Part shown: positions 28,579 to 40,600 of the stretch, in pieces | Layout of the letters: every line of letters begins with the position of its first letter | How positions within the stretch are numbered: position 1 is the first letter of the stretch | Assembly (NCBI RefSeq): GCF_964204865.1 | Contig: NC_135259.1 | Coordinates: 3,038,001 to 3,102,000, forward strand | DNA: 64,000 bases | Direction of reading: 5' to 3' | Source of the DNA: Styela clava | Taxonomy: Eukaryota | Notes under the pieces: model-generated | The model's database searches: none | Told to the model about the DNA's origin: nothing | What the model saw: only the letters and a program-made list of their open reading frames with translations | Made by a program: the position numbers and the translations under genes

Positions 28579-29751
28579 CTATAATAACGGACATGTACTT
28601 TTGGGTTTGAACGGGTTGTCTGGAGGTTTAACAACAAGATAATCCCGCTGTTCATTCTCAACAACAAATTGCATCAACTGCTGCGATGCATCAGAAACCT
28701 GAAAAGTGAACATAAGTATATATATCAGTATATACTGATATAGGACATGGTAAAACATAAACAACTCGAGAATCAAAACTATTAACAAGATGTATATGCT
28801 CTATAAATATGATATTAGCGACATTCGACTGACTGATGGCATTTCTCTATATGCAGTACGGCACACTATCCAAATTCTCTCCATTTGGTTCAATAAAACA
28901 AACACTCCATGTGTCTCACAAACGAGGGTCGTCTGGCCAGGTGCGTCATATCATGCCATGCTTTTCTCAATAATATTCTAAATTATTGGCGATCGTCACA
29001 TGACCAAAATTGCCCTTTTTTGCTAAAAACTCTCGAATGCTATGGTAAAATTTTTTTTCCTTTGGTAAATCGGATTATTTTTTTACGAGGAATTCAATGA
29101 TGACGTTATGAGATTGCGCTTTTTCGTGGTTCTTTGCACAACTTTATTATACTGTATTTTTACCGATAATGAGAAACAACAATGTCCAGAGGTCTCCCAA
29201 AGGTGGGGTGTATAATCATTGATAAAATGGGTTTCTTTGAAACGAGACAATGCCGCTCGATCTGTATAGTGTGCCATACTGATATGAGACTTCATCAAGC
29301 CATGATTGCTCATGCATGCATGATTGCTCAAAACCAATTGCTGAATTGATGGGAAACCATGTCAGCATGTGTACCGGTATTCGATGTAAAGTTAAGCTTA
29401 AATAAAATACAAATCTAGTCAAATTTCAATTCTAAAATGGTCACTGCAGTAAGTGGGAGTTACGATACCGGCATATGACTACTGTCAGTTTTACGTCAAA
29501 AGAAGAAACCTGCGAGATGAACAAATACCTAATACCGTACAAACATAATTTAGAATTGATAAAACATAAACCTGCAATGAGGTTAATAATATTAGACTGA
29601 AAGACTGTCCAGAAAACTGGTACTGCAGTACAGGCAGACAGGTGCCATGACTGGTGGAACTTACCATCGTTCGTCTTATGTTCATATGACAATTTAATTC
29701 TTCGATTTGTCGCCGAAGTTGAGAAATATGATTAGACATCTGTGCAGACAT
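28579..29751 (-). CDS. Heterotrimeric G-protein gamma subunit, 68 aa. Exons: 29751-29665, 28698-28579.
   Basis: Spliced product MSAQMSNHISQLRRQIEELNCHMNIRRTM/VSDASQQLMQFVVENEQRDYLVVKPPDNPFKPKSTCPLL. It shows the GGL pattern, NPF and the CaaX box CPLL. The phase-0 GTAAGT...TTTCAG intron is at the usual G-gamma position. Confidence 0.92.
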
Positions 29752-29981
29752 GACTTCGATACTTCCCTTGAAGTTCTTTCGGAAATATGCGACCAAATCA
29801 ACAGTAGCACAAAAGCAGTGAAAGTACGTATAAATTATATTGCCAGAATGGAGTAAAGTATGGTAACTGATACGCTGAAAAGAAACAAACGCCACACCTT
29901 CACTAAGTCTGCCTCGGGGCTAGAATGTTCATTCACCCGTTGCAGATTTACACCTTGTACAGTTTAAATTTGAGTCTAAAG

Positions 29982-30140
29982 CAGGGGTATTCAACTTCCA
30001 AGATAAAGGGGGCGGATTTTGACCACAAAAATGCTACGGGCCACAGAATATTATTACCATGTATTTGTGCTATTTGATTCATTTGTTAGTCCGATACTGA
30101 TGTATAATATGCTTTTTGGGCCGCGGGTTGAGGACCTCTG
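29982..30140. mobile_element. hAT MITE, 159 bp
   Basis: CAGGGGTATTCAAC ... GTTGAGGACCTCTG flanked by GTCTAAAG / GTCTGAAG (8-bp TSD, one mismatch). Confidence 0.8.
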
Positions 30141-31273
30141 GTCTGAAGTATAGTTGGCCATTTTCGAATACTTGATGATTTCAGAATCGCATCGATTATT
30201 TTTTTTAATCGAATCTCGAATACTTGGTAGATACTTGAATTCATCGAACGACGTATAGCAAAGGGTCATCCGTACCAGTCATCAAAAGAGTCTTATGTCA
30301 CAATTGCATTTTAAAAATACGCCTGAAATGAAGGATTCACCTCGATCTTCGGCGGACAAAAAAAACGATTTGAGTTATTTACTATCCGATTCGAAATGCC
30401 CAGCCCTAGCCCGACGCAGTGGCTCTCAATTTCAAACATTAAACTTGTAAGGAGCCGGAAACAAACAACATAAGTTAAAAGAGTAACAAAACAATTTCGT
30501 TTTGTGTTTTGAAATTTTTGGAGAATGTGTTGTTACACCACTTGCAAAATAGATTTGCCACAGACAAAGTTTTTAAATAAAGGCCGATGTTGTGTTGTAC
30601 AGATGTTGTGCACAGCTTCCATATAATGTGTGATTTAACGAAAAAGTTATGTGTGGTGATATCGAAGGTGAAAGCTAAATCAGCACCTCATTCTTTTTTT
30701 GCCAAGCCGATGGATGTCCTCCTTTCCTTCGACAAATGTTTCAATCTCCTCAAAATGGTCATAAAATCTTTTGAAGCATCTGACTGATTAGGCTTTTATA
30801 GTTACACCCAGCTTTCATTAGGTTTGATGGCATTACCACCATGCTTGCTTTCTTTACTGTGGTTTTCTGTTACTGGTTCTTTTTCACAATTCACTTTCTA
30901 TACTCTTCACCCTTGAATTGATTACCCATGATTTGTATTTCTTTTTTTGATACACCCATTTGTCATTTCGTTATAAAAGTCTACATTATTTTTTTTTCAA
31001 ATACTTCACTGTTGCATTGCTGTTGATTTCAAAGCTTTGCCGCGGTAGGGTATTATTGTATTTGTTATTTAAAATTAGGAAATGGATAAGACCAATACTG
31101 TACACTGTACAGTACCGTACTATACAGTACGCAGTACGCACTTACACGCAAAGCCATTGGTACTATTGTGCGTCACATATGCATTGTGTCGTCACATATA
31201 CCCTGACGTATGCCATTTAGCCACGTGACTACTACCCGCGAGCGATCCTGGCCTAGGCTTCGAGTCTGTCAGT

Positions 31274-32740
31274 ATGTCAGGTAAAATGGATTTCAGCAAA
31301 CAGGTTTCCGCTTTGAAAGTACGAACCTTGTTGACTGCAGTATGTTGCGTTTGTGTAATATCTATTGGTTACTCATACTTCTTTGTACACAACTTCCACT
31401 TTTTGAAACTGTCGCAGGATAACATTGATAACCAGTTGGAGAATATCGAGACTTTACTGGTTGCTTCGCGGACGCACACTGTGCCGTTACTCCTGTTTGA
31501 CATCGATATCTTGCCAAACATTTTTGTACCAAGATCCAAGACCTGGAAGGATACTCTGCATCAGTGCAAAATACTATGTAAGCATCACCCAGAAGAAAAA
31601 AATGTGATTACATTTGCAGCACTTGCCACCAAGTTTATAGCTTCGAAAGAAGATTACATAAACTCTCTAAAACACCTCGGATTTACGGTTCATTTGTCAG
31701 AAGTAGCTGACCCTAAACAGAAGGGACACTCAAATCCAGACATGATACCAGCTTATTTATGGATGGCACGAAAGAAACATGTTATACACATTGCATTTTT
31801 ACATGAACGTGGTGACGACATAAAATATATGTGGGTGGGACCAGTTACTGATCAAGACTGGATGGACACCGTAGCAGCTATAACACCAGCTATAGGCGAG
31901 GGATGGCATTCTATTGATGCGGTTGGGGCGAAATTTCCTCGATATGCACAAGGGTATGATCTTTCTCATAGATTTACAGGCTTGCCAATATATATAGACA
32001 ACCATAGAATTTCAGTACCTTATCATATCCGCGCTTTTCTAGACGAATATGCTAATTCACGTTTCATAGAGTGTGATCATGCAAAAGCTGAAAATTTCGT
32101 GGCAAAGTACGAAATCGAAATCCCCCAACAAGATAAACTTTTCCAAGAGGCCGCGAAAAAAATGCTAGTTGAAACAAAAAAGATTTTTGAAAAAATAAAA
32201 GTTCCGTTTTGGATTACTGGAGGAACTGTTTTGGGATGGTACCGTCAATGCAACATAATTTCTTACGATACAAATCTTGATATTGGCGTTTGGAAACACG
32301 ACTACAAAGAGGAAATTATTTCAGCAATGGAGGAAAATGGATTTTTCTTCAAAAGTAAATTCGGAACGCTGAAAGAAGGCTTAGAACTGGCGTTCTTGGA
32401 TAAATCAGACACGAAGATAAACATACATGTTTTCAGCAATGGTCACGATCACGTTACCCATCTTCGTACACGTAAAGACGGAAAAAGATTTCTTTTTAGT
32501 TATCCTCCATTTGAACTTTGCTGGTCGGAATTTGTCGGTATAAAAGTTAAAGTTTATTGCGATTCTTTGATGTATGTCTCACTTTACTTCGGACCTGGAT
32601 GGTATAAACCACAAAAAGATTGGCTCTGGTACGTCAACTCAAACCATGCCATTCCAATGGGTCATTGGACTCAACACGAATGGAAAAGCGTAATGCAAGT
32701 TCACCACCGGGAATCGAAGAAGGAAAATTTGAAGAAATAG
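31274..32740 (+). CDS. Fukutin-like type II membrane protein (LicD nucleotidyltransferase fold), 488 aa, intronless
   Basis: N-terminal signal anchor, SRFIEC, PFWITGGTVLGWYRQCNII, FG...GLELAF, F.LCWSEF and YFGPGW..P..DW, all fukutin-type. The catalytic Asp residues are altered, so FKTN orthology is not asserted. Confidence 0.88.
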   Translation: MSGKMDFSKQVSALKVRTLLTAVCCVCVISIGYSYFFVHNFHFLKLSQDNIDNQLENIETLLVASRTHTVPLLLFDIDILPNIFVPRSKTWKDTLHQCKILCKHHPEEKNVITFAALATKFIASKEDYINSLKHLGFTVHLSEVADPKQKGHSNPDMIPAYLWMARKKHVIHIAFLHERGDDIKYMWVGPVTDQDWMDTVAAITPAIGEGWHSIDAVGAKFPRYAQGYDLSHRFTGLPIYIDNHRISVPYHIRAFLDEYANSRFIECDHAKAENFVAKYEIEIPQQDKLFQEAAKKMLVETKKIFEKIKVPFWITGGTVLGWYRQCNIISYDTNLDIGVWKHDYKEEIISAMEENGFFFKSKFGTLKEGLELAFLDKSDTKINIHVFSNGHDHVTHLRTRKDGKRFLFSYPPFELCWSEFVGIKVKVYCDSLMYVSLYFGPGWYKPQKDWLWYVNSNHAIPMGHWTQHEWKSVMQVHHRESKKENLKK

Positions 32741-33494
32741 TTATTTGTTCAGAAAAGACTATTTCTGTAATTATGTGACGTATAAATTTATTTTTAGTAA
32801 GTGCTTGGAACTTATTATATACTCACATTGTCATTGTAAATTTTCTGTTATTCGAATCCTAATAATTTGGCCTCGATAATGGATGTATCTGTTAAAAAAA
32901 ATGAGTCAAAGCTGGGTATTGCGCATGATAGGATTTTACAATAATTATGTCAAACGATTCAAGTGTGTATAATGAGCATAAAATTGAGATCGCAATTAAA
33001 ATTTATCTAGTGACTTCCGGTTTGCAAAATCTGTATTAAAACTAACTAGTTAGTCATTTTTTAGTAAATATTAAATTACTGTGATATTTTCTGGTCAAGC
33101 TGAGATAATCGAGTCTCAAACATATTGCAAGACGCACCACATTGGTCGTTCTAATTATCCTGTATAGTTATTGGTTAGACACGTTTTTATGGTCATTTTA
33201 CTCCGTAGATGCACATTTACTCGTAACGGTTATGAAATTAACACAAATGTTGAGTAGTATTTTTGTATTATTGTTGTTGCGATTTATGAAGTTGATTAAC
33301 ATCTTTTTTTTCGTTATTTTATTGCTTTACAGATGAATGCATCGTTGTATTTAACATCAATTTAGCTAGAAACTAAGTAGTATAGTTGTCAGAAGGACAT
33401 GGGTATGACCGGTATGTTAGTCGTTGGGTATGACGGAACAACCGCCTATTAGAGTATCCTGACATACCACCTATATCGAAAAACTGGAAAATAT

Positions 33495-33674
33495 GGTTTC
33501 ATTACATTTGAACCCACGACAATTGCACCTAGCCACCTAATACTATTGCACCTATGGAAATTGTTTTGTTTTACGGATATTTGGACCCATATTAACCCTA
33601 ACCCATGGGTTTTAGCACCCGCATATAGATTGAACCCGCGGATATACACATGAGTTCAAAAATGTACGGTCACC
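33495..33674. mobile_element. Mutator-like MITE, 180 bp
   Basis: GG...CC ends with ~21-bp imperfect TIRs and a perfect 9-bp TSD GGAAAATAT. Confidence 0.85.
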
Positions 33675-34162
33675 GGAAAATATATGCAACCATGCGTATT
33701 TCAGTTCAGAACTTGACACTTTTTAAGAGGGAGGTTAGATGGTTTTCGCCTGGAACTAAATCAGGCAATCGATAATTCAAGTCGTGTGTTACAGCCAACA
33801 AATGCGTGTCAGACTGTAACAGGGAATTTGCTTCATTCGTCATGCGCCAATTGTGTCTTCAATTACACGTGTATCGATCGAAGTACATGTATATACTGTA
33901 TTCCCTCTATTTATACAGAGAGATTTCAGAATATAGTTCCGAATTTTAAATAGATTTTGGGAAAGAATATTCGACTAAGTCCATAGCGCTGCAGTACCAA
34001 TGCCTCTCAACATTATATTGTATTCGTTCACGTATAATGGAATATTTAAGGGAAATTTTCTAGCAAACTTCTTCTGTTCATAGCTAGTGGAAACAAAGTA
34101 GACGGATTTTAACGACACTTTATTTTGTAGTAAGTAATATATAATTACCGTATACATTTAAA

Positions 34163-35000
34163 ATGAGTAATCTCGTTCTAGTCTACTGGGACTTGAGAGG
34201 TCTTTGCGAGCCTGCAAGGATGATTTTAGAGTACGGTGGCATGGAATATGAAGATAGAAGGTTAAAAATAGCAGAGGCAAAATCATGGTTTGCTGAGAAG
34301 TTCTGTTTGGGAATGGATTTCCCAAACTTGCCGTACCTAATTGATGGAGACATAAAGCTTACCGAGAGTTGGGCAATTTACAGGTCTGTAAAAATTTTAC
34401 GTAAGATGTGAGTTTACCGAAAACTCATTTCTATTTATAATATGCAGAGTGGACAAATACGCCTGGTACAAAAAATGGTATTTTGCTATTGACTCAAAAT
34501 TTTCAAATCGTAACGCAATTCAAAATTTTGTCGAGTAATCATCATACTCCTTTTCCAGATATCTAGGGAAAAAGTTGAATCTATTTCCATCATCAGATGA
34601 AAATCAACGAAAGACAGATATGCTTCAAGGCGTCATTAATGACATCAGATGGGCATTTGCTAGGAGCATGTATAATGTTGACCTCTATGATAAAATTGAT
34701 GAGATCCGTAAGAATCAGACGGCAAAGATAGATATAATGGAAAAATATTTTACAGATCGGAAATTTCTGCTCGGAGATGATTTGAGTTTCCTTGATTTTG
34801 CTTTGTACGAAACTTTTGATCATCACCGTCTTTTCTTCACTGATATTTTTGACAAATCACCCGGTATTCAACGATTCATGGATGAATTCGAATCCATGAA
34901 ACCGATCTCCGAATATTTAAAGTCTAATAGATACAAAAAATTCCCGATAAATGGTCCCATGGCTACTTGGGGCGGAAAATCGGAAAATGACAGGAAATAA
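34163..35000 (+). CDS. Glutathione S-transferase, mu-like, copy 1, 220 aa. Exons: 34163-34383, 34559-35000.
   Basis: YWDLRGL (catalytic Tyr), KFCLGMDFPNLPYLIDGDIKLTES and DFALYETFD. The phase-2 GT-AG intron joins the two ORFs. Confidence 0.95.
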
Positions 35001-35427
35001 GTTGACTTATAGCAGCGAGTTATCTTTCAATAATGTTCATAATATACAAGAAGTCTGCTTTTATACTCCGATATTTGTAAGAATTACATACTTAAAAAGT
35101 TAAAAATGTCAAAAAAGAGGCTAGAATAAAAGTATTTGTAACAGTTTGTCCGTTAATAAAATTTACATTGAAATATGTTGATACCGATTAGTGATCTAAC
35201 TCTTACAGGGTCGATATAAAAAGCAACTTGTTATGTTTTCCATGTATTTATATACGAAAATTTGAAGGTCACATGGGATCACGAATAAAATGCGTATGTT
35301 TTCAGGTTATATTGGAACGATATTCCACAAATTAACTTTCGAAACGCTAAACGAGATTGAACTTCTAGGTTAGGTCACTGCTCTGAAGTACACGGGCGAC
35401 ATTTTAATCATCTGTGAGTGTAATGTA

Positions 35428-37554
35428 CAGGGATGGCCAATTCGAATATCGGAATTCACGTTCATAAGAATATCGGATATTTGTGTGACGTCACACATTT
35501 TCGACGCTGCTTTCAAGACCTTTCCGTTGAATGAAAACATTCTCGATAGAAACTTGCGCGTGATTGTTTTCATCACTCATCAGCGTAACGTGTTATTTAG
35601 GCCGTAAACGCCGTTACGATTGTATTATTTTCTCTAAAACGAAAATTTTTCACAAATTCGTTCCACGATAACGATAACATTTATTTTATTTTTGTACGCG
35701 CACGGAATTGTGAATCTGGTAAATACGTTCATTGGCGGCGAGTTTCTAAAGACAACGCAACTTTTTGATTGAAAAGCGGCAATTTAAAATACTGAAAATA
35801 AAATCGTAAACAATATAAGTTTTATTGAGGCCCGCGAAAATTAAAAAAACGCTCTTCTAGGCAGTGAAAATCGCAGAATTTCGTGTTTCGTCGCACACAT
35901 TATGTTTGGTCGGCGTTTAGGAACATATCGTCCCTAATTGGGGGGGGGGGGGGGGGGTCCTGATTGTCCATTACTTTAAATTGCCGTCGAATATTTTCGT
36001 GTTAACACGATACAAGGTAATATAATCAATCTAAAGTATATTCAATCAATTTTATTGTGATGAAATAAATTTTACCCTGAGATATTACTGCATATTTATG
36101 GATTTGTCGAACGGTTTTATCTAAAAATAATCAGAGTGGCAGCATTTCGATCGAGCGGAGTCACTGTTAACAAGTACATCTAAATATTTGCCCAATTCGC
36201 ATAATAAGGATCAAAACAATATTTAATCGGACAGTTTACCTCACGTTTTTATTTTTATAACCGCGGATTGCAATGGTATATAAGAGTGGTGAGGATTTTA
36301 TTTTGTCGACGCAACCGCAGGTCAAATTGAAGACAATTAAATTAATAAAACAAGACATTTTAAATACGCGTGTCGGTCACGAATTCAACACTTTGCACAA
36401 CAGAAAAATATATATTCGTTGTTATATTATTTGTTGTAAAAGTCGACTCTTTTAACAGGTGGCATAATCGCGGCGATGAATATGTATTTTTAATTCACTG
36501 CTAAACTTTATATGTATATTCATTGTATGAAATGAATTACCCTCTACAGTACACTTAACAGGGTTTTATATAATTATTTGAGATTTTTCTAACGGCGATA
36601 ACGAGTTGGCAAGATTGCAAAAATACGTATTAAAATAAAATACATCAGGCAGTTTATCTCGTAATTTTAGGTCACAGATCGCCGTGGACCGAACAGTAAT
36701 GTTTTTTTTTTTTGACGTAAGAAGAAGCAACCGCGAGTTACGTTGGACACATTAAATTAATATATAAAGATATTTTAGAATCTCGTAGATGTCATGGATT
36801 GAATACTTTACGTAAGATAATGATCATTATATGCTGAAAAGAAGGCTCTTTTAACGAGCGCGAAATCGCGGTGGGTGTTACAGGCGGCAATGGGAATTTC
36901 CAATTTCGAAAATCCTGGCTGCGCGCTGGCAGTGGTGGTCATCTATTCTCTATCTCTACTAATTTATTTCTAATTCCAAACACAACAATATGTTACACAT
37001 AATAACAATATGGTTCACATAAATTAATATACAAATATACTGGTAGGTAGTAGAATACCTCAGGCTTAAATATTAGAATTTATAAATGCATAATGGATTT
37101 TCGATTGTTGTTGCCTGTATTGCCAATAAATTTTTATTACTCTCAGAAAATATACACAATTATCTGAATACAAGTAGTATTTTTGTCAATAGACTTGACT
37201 ATTATCGTAATATCATGGTACCAATGATAGAAAGCGTCAGACAACTCCTTGGCTATCTTTTCATATGGTCATTTGTACAAAGTGAATAATTTTAATAAAC
37301 TGACGGTGTCACAAGTTGCTATTATTTTTTATTGATAGCTATGAACTATCAATTACTTTGTGTACATATACTGTTGGTTTGTGGCTTCATTCTGATATTT
37401 CTATTGAAGCTTATGTCCTAATTTACTGGGTTTTAATCAACTAAACCAAAAATGTGTTATTATCGATTTTAGAATGTATTCGGAATTCCAGATTCGAAAA
37501 CATTATTTTAGAATGTATTCGGAATAGTTTAGTATTCGGAAATGGCCAACCCTG
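35428..37554. mobile_element. Non-autonomous hAT element, 2.1 kb, with nested repeat pieces
   Basis: CAGGGATGGCCA ... TGGCCAACCCTG with a perfect 8-bp TSD GTAATGTA. Internal parts resemble the reverse complement of about 5330-6210. Confidence 0.88.
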
Positions 37555-37658
37555 GTAATGTAACATATGCCCTAACAAAACTTTGTAAATTTAATTCTTG
37601 TAAAAATAAGTAGCCGTGACCCCCCTGTATATGTATATATATATATATATAACTCTAT

Positions 37659-40600
37659 TACGGTAGTTAAACGGACCTGCCATAATTGCAGTACTTAAGC
37701 GGACGTCGTTCCTGTGCCCGTATCATTGTTTTTAAATACGTGCTTGGAGAGGGCGAGAGCCGTTGACAACTACGGAGAAAAAGAGTCAACACAATCCTCT
37801 CGATAACAGATATAAAATTTTTGTCCGCTTAATTCGTCCACTTAATTCAGACCACCAAATGTTTTAGCCTATTTCGGCACTAAGCCGGACCCCTCTTATA
37901 TGTCGCCCTGGATGTCTACATAAATGATGTTGCTTTTATTTTAATACGCATTTTAAAGCGTATGACCTCGCTTTAATTTCCGATGGATTCGAACCATTTA
38001 GCAATACTTATCACAAAAAATAGCATTTCTTTTTTCAATGTCCAGTCTTTCGTGCAAGGGAGATGCACTGTGTTTGGTGTTGGAAATAATCTTCCATATC
38101 AAAAAATACTCGGAAATGCAACGTGATGGTAGACAAATCGAAACAAATTGATCCAAACGTGTTATATATTTGAAACTGAGAAATACACAGAGCATATCAC
38201 AAATGTTCGCCTATTCCAACCCTATGGTGCAACATATAGATTAAACAGATGCTATGTTGTAAGTGTCAAGATATCAATACCAAGTCAAAATTATGGCATT
38301 CCAATAATATTGATAAACATTGCGCAAAATATACCGCAAAAACCCGCATATCTATATGGCTATAAGCGTATTAAACATATAATTGAAAAACAAAATTTTG
38401 AAATGCCATACATAGGGAGAAACAATACACAAAATATTTTTCAAACGTATCACCAATCTGATTGCTAAAGTGTGAAATATTATTTTAAAAAGGAAGAGTG
38501 GTATATAATAGTAAAATAAAATATGAAAGTGCTAATTATTTTGAGAAACAATAAAAGAAAATTATATATACGCAGAAGGTAACCGCAGAATGAAATTCGG
38601 AAATGCCAATAATATTGAAAAAATATCACACAAACTTTATCTCAAATGTCCACCTATCCGGCCTTTTAAGTTATACAAATAATTGTAAATGGGAATTCTG
38701 GTATGTCATTAATGAAGACAAACATCACACAAATTGGATTTCAAATGTTCATCTATCCGGTCACTCAAATATGGCACGTAATTGAAAAATGAACACCAGC
38801 CCTATTGAGAAAAAAACTCAAAATATATCTCAAATGTCAACTTATCCGACCACCTAAGGGTGGCATACAACAATTGAAAAAAAAGTCTTAAATCATATTG
38901 AGAAACATCACACAAAATATATCTCAAATGTCAACTTATCCGACCACCTAAGGGTGGCATACAACAATTGAAAAAAAAGTCTTAAATCATATTGAGAAAC
39001 ATCACACAAAATATATCTCAAATGTCCACCTATTCGGTCATTTAAGTGTGGCATACAACAATTAGAATAAAAACTCGGAAATCATATCGAGAAACATTAC
39101 ACAAAGTATATCTCAAACGTCCACCTATCCGGCCACCTAAGTGTGGCATTGAACATTAAAATGAAAATTCTGAAATCATATTGAGAAACATTACACGGAG
39201 TATATCTCAAATGTCCACCTAACCGGCCACCTAAGTGTGGCATACAAGAATTGAGATAAAAATTCTGAAATCATATTGAGAAACATTACAAGAAATATAT
39301 CTCAAATGTCCACCTATCCGGCCACCTAGGTGTGGCATACAAGATTTGAAATGAAAATTCTGAAATCTTATTGAGAAATATTATACAAAGTATATCTCAA
39401 ATGTCCACCTATCCGGCCACCTAAGTGTGGCATACAAGATTTGAAATAAAAATTCTGAAATTATATTGAGAAATATTACACAAAGTTTATCTCAAATGTC
39501 CACCTATCCGGCCACCTAAGTGTGGCATACAAGATTTGAAATGAAAATTCTGAAATCTTATTGAGAAATATTATACAAAGTATATCTCAAATGTCCACCT
39601 ATCCGGGCCACCTAAGTGTGGCATACAAGATTTGAAATGAAAATTCTGAAATTATATTGAGAAATATTACACAAAGTTTATCTCAAATGTCCACCTATCC
39701 GGCCACCTAAGTGTGGCATACAAGAATTGAAATGAAAATTCTGAAATCATATTGAGAAAAATTATACAAAGTATATCTCAAATGTCCACCTATCCGGCCA
39801 CCTAAGTGTGGCATACAAGAATTGAAATGAAAATTCTGAAATCATATTGAGAAATATTATACAAAGTATATCTCAAATGTCCACCTATCTGGCCACCTAA
39901 GTGTGGCATACAAGAATTGAAATGAAAACTCTGAAATCATATTGAGAAATATTACACAAAGTATATCTCAAATGTCCACCTATCTGGCCACCTGAGTGTG
40001 GCATACAAGAATTAAAATGAAAATTCTGAAATCATATTGAGAAATAATACACAAAGTATATCTCAAATGTCCACCTATCCGGCCACCTAAGTGTGGCATA
40101 CAAGAATTAAAATGAAAATTCTGGAATCATATTGAGAAACATTACACAAAGTATATCTCAAATGTCCACCTATCCGGCCACCTAAGTGTGGCATACAAGA
40201 ATTGAGATGAAAATTCTGGAATCATATTGAGAAACATTACACAAAGTATATCTCAAATGTCCACCTATCCGACCATCTAAGTGTGGCTGGCATACAAGAT
40301 TTGAAATGAAAATTCTGAAATTATATTGAGAAATATTACACAAAGTATATCTCAAATGTCCACCTATCCGGCCACCTAAGTGTGGCATAAAACAATTACA
40401 ATGAAAGCTCTGAAATCATATTGAGAAACATTACACAAAGTATATCTCAAATTTCCACCTATCCGACCATCTAAGTGTGGCATATAAGATTTGAAATGAA
40501 AATTCTGAAATTATATTGAGAAATATTACACAAAGTTTATCTCAAATGTCCACCTATCCGACCATCTAAGTGTGGCATACAAGATTTGAAATGAAAATTC

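Noticed and set aside
35940-35957. Poly-G runs here and at about 47878-47896 as G-quadruplex elements
   Set aside because: Simple homopolymers inside transposon relics with unreliable length and no functional evidence.
40182-40388. ORF with repeated peptide (GGRIGGHLRYTLCN)
   Set aside because: A chance open frame across satellite monomers. The 95-bp period is not a multiple of three.
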